From: Halobacteriaceae archaeon
GTDB lineage: Archaea > Halobacteriota > Halobacteria > Halobacteriales > Halobacteriaceae
Assembly (NCBI GenBank): GCA_042216675.1
Contig: JBDGTS010000007.1
Span: 45,457-109,456, forward strand
DNA: 64,000 bases
Direction: 5' to 3'
Below are positions 56,554 through 64,000 of the stretch, one piece after another. The notes under the pieces are model-generated. The model saw only the letters and a program-made list of their open reading frames with translations. It made no database searches and was not told where the DNA came from. Each line of letters begins with the position of its first letter. Within the stretch, counting starts at the first letter, position 1. The position numbers were made by a program, and so were the translations under genes.

Positions 56554-58730
56554 TCGCGGCGTCGCTCCACTTCGAACTCGGCACGCAGGTCGCCGGCCGT
56601 CACCTCGAAGGTGCCGGGTTCGACCGTTCGCTCGCCCGCAGGTGAGACGACGCCCAGTACCTCCTCGTCGAGAGCGAACGCGACTGTCCGCTCCTCGCCG
56701 GGGTCGAGTTCGACGCGCGTCGCACCGGCGAGTTCGCGGACCGGAGTGACGCGGGAACTCACCGCGTCGCGCACGAACGCCTCCACCGCCTCCGCGCCCG
56801 CCCGGTCACCGACGTTGGCGACTGTCACTTCGACGTGCGCCGTCTCCGCCGGCCCAACCGCGTCAGGCACCGCGAGGGCGCGGTACTCGAACTCGGTGTA
56901 ACTCAGGCCGTGGCCGTACTCGAAGAGCGGATCGTAGGCGTCGAGGTGCGCCGGGTTCTCCATCGTCGGGTACGGCAGGTGGTTGAACCGAACCGGAATC
57001 TGGCCCTCCGAGCGCGGGACCGAGACCGGAAGGGCGCCGCCGGGGTTGTGGTCGCCGAACAGCACGTCGGCCACCGCGCCGCCGGCGGACCCGGGCTGAT
57101 ACGCCAACAGGAGCGCCGCGAGCGAGTCGGCCAGTTCGGGCGTCGAGAGGACGCGCCCGGTGACGAGGACGCCGACGGTCGGCGTGCCAGTCTCGCGGGC
57201 GACGGCCGCGAGTTCGCACTGGGCCGCCGGGAGCGAAATCGAGTCCCGCCGCGGGAACTCGTCGGCCTCGAAACCGGTCGTCCCTTCGCGGAACTCGTGA
57301 ACGTAGTCCGGTTCACCGAGGACGACCACCGCCACGTCGGCGTCTGCGGCGCCCGCGCGCACGGCGTCGAGGTCCAGCGTCTCGTGTATCGTCGCGCCGG
57401 GTTCGTAGGCCACTTCGGTCCCGGCGGGCGCCACGTCGCGGAGACCCTCCAGCACCGTCTCGCCGAGCGGTTCCGGATCCGCGACGTTGCCCCATCCGCC
57501 GTGCTGGTGGGCGATGGCGTCCGCGTTCGGCCCGGTGACGAACACCGAGTCCGGGTCGTCGAGGGGCAACAGGCCGTCGTTCGTGAGGAGGGTCATCGAC
57601 TCGCGGGCCGCCTCGCGGGCCACCGCGCGGTGGTCGGGGTTGCCCAGCGTCTCGGCCGCCTCGTCGGGGTCCACGAACGGGTCCTCGAACAGGCCGAGCG
57701 CCATCTTCAGCCGGAGCACGCGACGCGCGCTCCCGCGGACGCGTTCGACGGAGAGTTCGCCGTCTCTCACCAGCGAGACGAGGGGGTCGGTGAAGCGCGC
57801 GCCGCCGGAGGGGAACACGTCGACGCCGGCCCGGACCATCCGGAACAGCGACTCCTCCAAGCCCGCGGTGACGCCGTGGCCACCGTGGAGGTCCGAGGGC
57901 GCGGCGTAGTCGGCGAGGACGAAGCCGTCGAAGCCCAGTTCCTCGCGGAGCAAGTCCCGCAAGAAGCGCTCGGAGCCGTGGACCGGTTCGCCGTCGATGG
58001 CGTTGTAGCAGGGCATCACGCCGCCCGTGCCGGCGTCGATGGCGTCGGCGTAGGGCGGGACGTGGACGCGACGGAGCGTGTACCGCGACACGTCGTTGGG
58101 TGCTTGGTCCTCGCCGCGGACGCCCTCGCTGTACGCGGGGAAGTGCTTCGTGACGGCCACCACCGGGTCGTCGGCACCCTGATAGCCGTCGACCATCGCG
58201 GCCGCGAGAGTGCCACAGAGACGGGGGCTCTCGCCGAACGTCTCCGGGATGCGACCCCACCGCGCGTCGCGGGCCACGTCGCCGATGGGGCTGCTCGTGG
58301 ACTGGACGCCAGTCGCCCGCATCTCCGCCGCGGCCACCTCGCCGATCCGCCGGCACAGGTCCGGGTCGCGGGTCGCCGCCAGACCGAGTTGCTGGGGGAA
58401 GACGGTCGATCCGGCCACGGCCGCGTGGCCGTGTTCGGCCATCGCGCGCAGGAACACGGGCACGTCGAAGCGCGAGGCGTCCATCGCCGCTCGCTGGACG
58501 CGGTTCGCGACTTCGGCCTTCGCGCGCGGCGTGTTGTGCGGCGTGTCGCCGAAGTGGACGGAGCCGAGGTGGTGGTCCGCGACCTCGGCGACGAGGCGGT
58601 CCACGTCGGCGTGCGGCGGCGTGCCGACCATCTGGCCGACGAGTTCGGGGACCGTCATCTCCGCGACGATGCGCTCGACCCGTGCCTCCGCCTCGGGCGG
58701 GAGGTGCTGGCCGAAGGCTCGTTCGGTCAT
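56541..58730 (-). CDS. GH3 beta-glucosidase/xylosidase
   Basis: RDARWGR..ETFGE, KHF, MPCYN, GFDGFVLADY, PGG.LPVS, YGHGLSYT and Fn3-like tail. ATG at 58730. Confidence 0.9.
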   Translation of the reverse strand: MTERAFGQHLPPEAEARVERIVAEMTVPELVGQMVGTPPHADVDRLVAEVADHHLGSVHFGDTPHNTPRAKAEVANRVQRAAMDASRFDVPVFLRAMAEHGHAAVAGSTVFPQQLGLAATRDPDLCRRIGEVAAAEMRATGVQSTSSPIGDVARDARWGRIPETFGESPRLCGTLAAAMVDGYQGADDPVVAVTKHFPAYSEGVRGEDQAPNDVSRYTLRRVHVPPYADAIDAGTGGVMPCYNAIDGEPVHGSERFLRDLLREELGFDGFVLADYAAPSDLHGGHGVTAGLEESLFRMVRAGVDVFPSGGARFTDPLVSLVRDGELSVERVRGSARRVLRLKMALGLFEDPFVDPDEAAETLGNPDHRAVAREAARESMTLLTNDGLLPLDDPDSVFVTGPNADAIAHQHGGWGNVADPEPLGETVLEGLRDVAPAGTEVAYEPGATIHETLDLDAVRAGAADADVAVVVLGEPDYVHEFREGTTGFEADEFPRRDSISLPAAQCELAAVARETGTPTVGVLVTGRVLSTPELADSLAALLLAYQPGSAGGAVADVLFGDHNPGGALPVSVPRSEGQIPVRFNHLPYPTMENPAHLDAYDPLFEYGHGLSYTEFEYRALAVPDAVGPAETAHVEVTVANVGDRAGAEAVEAFVRDAVSSRVTPVRELAGATRVELDPGEERTVAFALDEEVLGVVSPAGERTVEPGTFEVTAGDLRAEFEVERRRDYDR

Positions 58731-58815
58731 GCTCCGCCCGATTCGCGCCGCCCACTTAGCGCCTTGGCCTTGCCGGGACCCCGCGTCTTTTCGAGACGGC
58801 CGCCGAACGACCCCT

Positions 58816-59640
58816 ATGGAGCCACCGTTCTCTCCCCCCATCGGACTCGGCACCGCGTTCGACGCGGACGACGAGGCAGTCGTGGCCGCCGTCGAGAGCG
58901 CCCTCGACGCGGGCTACCGCCACGTCGACACCGCACAGGTCTACGGCACCGAGGCGCAGGTCGGTGAGGCAATCGACCGCGCCGACGTGGCTCGCGAGGA
59001 CGTGTTTCTGGCGACGAAGACAGCTCACATCGACAACATCGACCCGGGTCGTGAGGCACTGAAGGAGAGCGTCTACGAGAGCGCCGCGAAACTCGGGGCG
59101 AACACCATCGACCTCTGCTACGTCCACTGGCCGATGGGCGTCTACGACCCCGAGGTGACCCTGCCGGCCCTCGACGAACTCCGCGAGGAGGGCGTCATAG
59201 AGCACGTCGGCCTCTCGAACTTCTCCGTCGAACTGCTGGACGAGGCCCGCGAGCACCTCGACGCGCCGATTTTCGCCCATCAGGTCGAGACGCATCCGCT
59301 CCTCCAACAGGACGAACTCGTGAGCTACGCGCAGGCGAACGACATCTTCCACGTCGCGTACTCGCCGCTGATGGCCGGTCGCTTCGGGGACGTGCCCGAA
59401 CTCGAAGCCGTGGCCGAGAAACACGGTATCTCGGCGGCCGAAGTCTGCATCGCGTGGCTGGCGGACCGCGACAACGTCGTCCCCATCCCGAAGTCGCTGG
59501 ACCCCGACCACCAGCGCTCGAACCTCGCGGCGCTGGACGTCGCTCTCGACGACGAGGACCGCGAGTGCATCGCCGGCATCGAACGCGAAGAACGCGTCGT
59601 CGACCCCGACGGCGCGCCGTGGAACGAGGGTGGCCGATGA
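58816..59640 (+). CDS. Aldo/keto reductase
   Basis: GYRHVDTAQVY, ATK, YVHWP, GLSNF, YSPL and IPKS. Confidence 0.92.
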   Translation: MEPPFSPPIGLGTAFDADDEAVVAAVESALDAGYRHVDTAQVYGTEAQVGEAIDRADVAREDVFLATKTAHIDNIDPGREALKESVYESAAKLGANTIDLCYVHWPMGVYDPEVTLPALDELREEGVIEHVGLSNFSVELLDEAREHLDAPIFAHQVETHPLLQQDELVSYAQANDIFHVAYSPLMAGRFGDVPELEAVAEKHGISAAEVCIAWLADRDNVVPIPKSLDPDHQRSNLAALDVALDDEDRECIAGIEREERVVDPDGAPWNEGGR

Positions 59641-60392
59641 CCGCTCTCGGCGGTCGGGTCGTCGTCGTCACCGGCGCCAGTCGCGGCCTCGGACGCTCGA
59701 TGGCCGCGCGCTTCGCCCGCGAGGGCGCCCACGTGGTCCCGACGGCTCGGAGTCGTGACGCCATCGAGGAACTCGCCGCCGAGGCGGCGACGGAGATGCT
59801 CCCTGTTACCGCCGACGTGCGCGACGAGGACGACGTGCAACGCGTCGTCGAGAGCGCCGTCGACCGCTTCGGCCGTCTCGACGGCCTCGTGAACAACGCC
59901 GCCGTGGGCCTCCTCTCGCTGCAATCCGAACTGAAGGACGTCGAGGAAATCAGCCGCGAGGAGTGGCAGACAGTCGTCGAGACGAACCTCACCGGCCCGT
60001 TCCTGTTCACGAAACACGCGCTCCCCGCCCTCCGCGACGGCGACGGCGGCCACGTCGTCAACGTCTCGTCGGGCTACGGACGCCGCGGCGCGGCGGGATG
60101 GGCGCCCTACGTCAGTTCCAAGCACGGGCTGGAGGGCCTCACCGAGACGGTGGCGCTCGAAAACGAGGACGAGGGCGTCACCGCCAACGCCATCCTGCCG
60201 GGCGGGAGCGTCGAGACGGGCTTCTGGGACACCGAGGAGAAACTGTCGCACCTGCGCCCTTCGGCCCGCGACGAGGTGCAGTCGCCGGACGTGCTGAACG
60301 ACGCCGTGACCGCGCTTCTCGCGCAGGGCCCCGACGGCGTCACCGGGGAGTCGATGCGCGCCCCGGCGTGGGAGGAGCGTCTGGACGTCTGA
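59637..60392 (+). CDS. Short-chain dehydrogenase/reductase
   Basis: TGASRGLG, NNA and YVSSK. ATG at 59637 overlaps the AKR stop. Confidence 0.92.
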   Translation: MTALGGRVVVVTGASRGLGRSMAARFAREGAHVVPTARSRDAIEELAAEAATEMLPVTADVRDEDDVQRVVESAVDRFGRLDGLVNNAAVGLLSLQSELKDVEEISREEWQTVVETNLTGPFLFTKHALPALRDGDGGHVVNVSSGYGRRGAAGWAPYVSSKHGLEGLTETVALENEDEGVTANAILPGGSVETGFWDTEEKLSHLRPSARDEVQSPDVLNDAVTALLAQGPDGVTGESMRAPAWEERLDV

Positions 60393-60449
60393 GGCCCGAC
60401 TTGCGTCGAGATGGTCCACATTTTTGTGTCGGTGCGCCAAGGAGCGTCC

Positions 60450-62336
60450 ATGCGCGAGCAGCCATTGCGACCCCTCGACGTCTCGGCCGTCGAGGTGGAT
60501 GACGAGTTCTGGAGCCCGATCCGCGAGACGAACCGCGAGGAGACCATCAGCCACCAGTACGAGCGCATCGACGAGGGCGGCTGTCTCGAGAACTTCCGCC
60601 GCGTGCGCGACGGCGAGACGGGCGGCTTTCGGGGTATGGTGTTCGAGGACTCGGACGCCTACAAGTGGCTCGAGGCCGCGAGCTACGTCCTCGCGAGCCG
60701 GGAGGACCCCGCGCTCCGCGAGCGCGTGGACCGGGTCGTGGACCTCGTCGCGTCGGCGCAGGCCGACGACGGCTACCTGAACACCTTCGTCCAGTTGCGG
60801 CAACCGGACCGGCGCTGGACGAACATCAGGATGGTCCACGAACTGTACTGTGCCGGCCACCTGATCGAGGCCGCCGTCGCGCACCACCGCGCGACGGGCG
60901 ACCGGGCGCTCCTCGACGTGGCGACGGCATTCGCCGACCACGTCGACGACGTGTTCGGCCCCGACGGCGTCGAGGCCGCGCCGGGCCATCAGGAGATCGA
61001 ACTCGCCCTCGTGAAACTGTACCGCGAGACCGGCGAGGACCGCTACCTCGACCTCGCCGAGTTCTTCGTGGAGGTCCGGGGCCGCAACGACCGCTTCGAC
61101 TGGGAGACCGACCACCCCGAGGAAATCGCGGGCCTCCCCGACACCTGGCACGTCGCGACCGACTGGGACCCGACGTACTACCAGAGCCAGGCACCGGTCC
61201 GGGAGCAGGAGGCCGTCGAGGGCCACTCGGTGCGCGCGATGTACCTCTACTGCGGCGCCGCCGACGTCGCCGCCGAGACCGGCGACGAGGAGCTGTTCGC
61301 CGCACTCGAGGGCCTCTGGGAGAACATGACCGAGAAGCGGACCTACGTCACGGGCGGCATCGGCTCCACCGAACACGGCGAGCGCTTCACCGAGGACTAC
61401 GACCTGCCGAACGACACCGCCTACGCCGAGACCTGTGCCGCAATCGGGAGCGTGTTCTGGAACCGCCGGCTGTTCGAGCACACCGGGGCGGCGCGCTACG
61501 CCGACCTGTCCGAGCGGACGCTCTACAACGGCGTCCTCGTCGGCACGTCCCTCGACGGCACCGAGTACTTCTACGACAATCGCCTCGCGTCGGATGGCGA
61601 CGTCCACCGGAGCGGCTGGTTCGAGTGTGCCTGCTGTCCACCGAACTTCGCGCGCCTCGTCGCCGGCCTCGAGCGTCACCTGTACGCTAGCGACGGCGAC
61701 ACCCTCTACGTGACCCAGTACGTCGGGAGCACGGCCGAAGCGACCCTCGGCGGAACCGAGGTCACGGTGGACGTGGCGTCGGACTTCCCCTGGGACGGCG
61801 AGGTGACCCTGACCGTCGACACGGCCGAACCGGCAACCTTCGATCTGGCGCTCCGCGTGCCCGAGTGGTGCGCGGACGCTCGCGTCGCCGTCGACGGCGA
61901 CCCGGTCGACGCCACAGCGGGCGAGTTCGCCGTCCTGTCGCGGGAGTGGACCGGCGGCGAGACGGTCACCGCGACCTTCGAGATGTCGCCCCGACTCGTT
62001 GCGGCCCACCCCGCTGTCGAGGCCGACGTCGGCCGCGTCGCGATGGCGCGCGGTCCGGTCGTGTACTGCCTCGAAGCCGCCGACCACGACGTTCCGGTGG
62101 ACCGCCTCCGCCTGTCGGTCGACGCCGACCTGAACGCCGAACGCCGCCCGGACCTGCTCGGCGGCGTGACGACCCTCTCGGGGCAGGCCCGCGTCCCGGC
62201 CGACTGGGACGGCGACCTCTACCGCGACGTGGCCGACCTCGCGTACGACGACGCGTCGCTCACGGCGGTGCCGTACTACGCGTGGGACAACCGGGAGAAC
62301 GGCGCGATGCGGGTCTGGGTGCCGACGCCACCGTAG
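60450..62336 (+). CDS. GH127 beta-L-arabinofuranosidase/aceric-acid hydrolase family
   Basis: DSD.YKWLEA, HELY.AGH, GHQEIELAL, GH.VRA.Y, TGGIG, YAETCA and CACCPPN (Zn/Cys nucleophile). Confidence 0.92.
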   Translation: MREQPLRPLDVSAVEVDDEFWSPIRETNREETISHQYERIDEGGCLENFRRVRDGETGGFRGMVFEDSDAYKWLEAASYVLASREDPALRERVDRVVDLVASAQADDGYLNTFVQLRQPDRRWTNIRMVHELYCAGHLIEAAVAHHRATGDRALLDVATAFADHVDDVFGPDGVEAAPGHQEIELALVKLYRETGEDRYLDLAEFFVEVRGRNDRFDWETDHPEEIAGLPDTWHVATDWDPTYYQSQAPVREQEAVEGHSVRAMYLYCGAADVAAETGDEELFAALEGLWENMTEKRTYVTGGIGSTEHGERFTEDYDLPNDTAYAETCAAIGSVFWNRRLFEHTGAARYADLSERTLYNGVLVGTSLDGTEYFYDNRLASDGDVHRSGWFECACCPPNFARLVAGLERHLYASDGDTLYVTQYVGSTAEATLGGTEVTVDVASDFPWDGEVTLTVDTAEPATFDLALRVPEWCADARVAVDGDPVDATAGEFAVLSREWTGGETVTATFEMSPRLVAAHPAVEADVGRVAMARGPVVYCLEAADHDVPVDRLRLSVDADLNAERRPDLLGGVTTLSGQARVPADWDGDLYRDVADLAYDDASLTAVPYYAWDNRENGAMRVWVPTPP

Positions 62337-62512
62337 GCGTTGGGCGATTCCTGCTTCCGCGTCGGGGGTCCCCCCTCCGGAGCCGTGTCCAGTCTGCGCC
62401 CACCCACGCGTACCGTCACGGAGACGGTTCGGTGCGGGCGCTCGATTGGTATCCGCTATCACGCCCCAAATATTTACAACAGTTGATACAAATTTTTGTT
62501 GACGTTGTACCC

Positions 62513-64000
62513 ATGAATAATGAGGACGAAAGCGAACGGCGGCTACCACAGAACCGGCGGGAGTTCCTCGGCGGACTCACGGCGGGCACAGCACTGCTGG
62601 GGACGGGCGGTATCGGCACAGCGACGGCACGGCGGGCGGACCGAAACACACCAGACGGGGGCGGGACGCGACAGATGGAGTCCCTCGACCGGGGACTCGT
62701 CGCCGTTCCGACGGACGACGGGGTGTTGGTCAGATTGCGACTGCTCGGGACCGAACCCCTCGACCTCGGTTTCCACCTCTATCGCGACGGCGAACGGGTG
62801 ACCGACGAACCCATCACCGACAGCACGAACTACCTCGACCCGGCGGGCACCTCCGACTCGACGTACGCGGTCCGACCGGTGGGCAACGGGCGGGCCGACG
62901 CCGAGGGAGACGGCGACCGAAAGCCCGGCACGTCCGAGTCCGTCGAGGTGTGGGACCAGCGGGACAAGGAGATTCCACTGAACAAGCCCGACCCCGTGGA
63001 GGGCGAGGACGGCGAGACGGTCACGTACCACGCGAACGACGCGAGCATGGGCGACCTGACGGGCGACGGGACACTCACATCATCGTCCAGAAGTGGACTC
63101 CCTCGGACGCGAAGGACAACGCGCAGAGCGGACACACGAGCGACGTCCTGTTCGACGCGTACACGCTGGCGGGCGAGCATCTCTGGCGAATCAACCTCGG
63201 CCAGAACGTCCGGGCCGGCGCGCACTACGCGCCGTTCCTCGTCTACGACTTCGACGGCGACGGCAAATCGGAGTTCGTGGTGCGGACGGCAGACGGAACG
63301 GAGGACGGGGTCGGGAACGTCATCGGGGACCCGGACGCCGACTGGACGAACCCGTCCGGCTACATCCTCGAGGGCCCGGAGTATCTCACCGTCTTCGACG
63401 GCGAAACGGGCGCGGAACTCGCGACGCAGAACTTCCAGCCCGCACGCGGCGACGTGTGTGATTGGGGTGACTGCTACGGAAACCGCGTCGACCGGTTCCT
63501 CGCCGGGGCCGCGTACGTCGACGGCGAGCGACCGAGCATCGTGTTCACGCGGGGCTACTACGCGAAGTCCATGCTCGCCGCGTGGGACTTGCGGGAGGGG
63601 GAACTCGAACTGCGTTGGATCTTCGACAGCGACGACGGGAACGAGGCCTACGAGGGCAAGGGCGCACACAGCCTCGCCACCGCCGACGTCGACGCCGACG
63701 GGAAAGACGAAATCGTGTTCGGCGGCGCCGTCATCGACCACGACGGCACCGGTCTGCACACGACGACGATGGTCAACCCCGACGCCCAGCACTGCGGCGA
63801 CTTCGTTCCCGACCGAGAGGGTCTGGAAATCTTCGTTCCCTCCGAGTATCCGCCCGAGGGCGCCCCGAGCGCATCGATGCGCGACGCCGAGACGGGCGAG
63901 TACATCTGGGCCGCCGAGGGGTCGGACACCGGCCGCGCGATGGTCGCCGACGTGGACCCGAACTATCGAGGCGCGGAAGCGTGGGCGACCGGCGGCGTCG
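62513..64000 (+). pseudogene. Tat-exported PL11 rhamnogalacturonan lyase, frameshifted near 63076 (3' end outside window)
   Basis: NRREFL Tat signal, RQMESLDRGLVA and Y.ANDAS.GDL.GDG in one frame; KW.PS.AKDN..SG, INLG.NVRAGAHY, D.YGNRVDRF and RGYY in the -1 frame. Confidence 0.85.

Noticed and set aside
1-64000. Defence systems, transposases, prophage, CRISPR, rRNA or tRNA
   Set aside because: No recognisable motifs or arrays seen; nearly all the sequence is accounted for by metabolic genes.

Overview
High-GC DNA encoding a strongly acidic proteome with archaeal-type genes (SAMP1, type II GAPDH, Tat lipoprotein), so almost certainly a haloarchaeon (Halobacteria). It contains about 55 tightly packed CDS. 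I found no rRNA, tRNA, CRISPR array, transposase or prophage. Two blocks of pectin/rhamnogalacturonan-degrading genes (about 1-17.8 kb and 54-64 kb) encode GH42, PL2, GH28, GH78, two GH2, an SGNH esterase, GH3, GH127 and a frameshifted Tat-exported PL11, along with sugar-acid catabolic enzymes. Between them lie a bacterial-type leuS embedded in the first block, a degenerate serB paralog, thiI, hemH-hemY/hemE, samp1, copA with a YHS-permease, a short class II RNR, an iron-box-controlled locus, arsR-acr3-arsC, a gluconeogenic fba-fbp-gap/ppsA cluster, a MoxR-DUF58 cluster and lutBC. The most notable items are: the archaeal intracellular pectin (possibly RG-II) utilisation system, a 45-bp double-hairpin in-frame insertion in thiI, a likely [2Fe-2S] ferrochelatase, a perfect DtxR-type palindrome ahead of two tiny ORFs, and several frameshifted or start-defective genes. 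All family assignments come from motif recognition by eye; no database searches were run.
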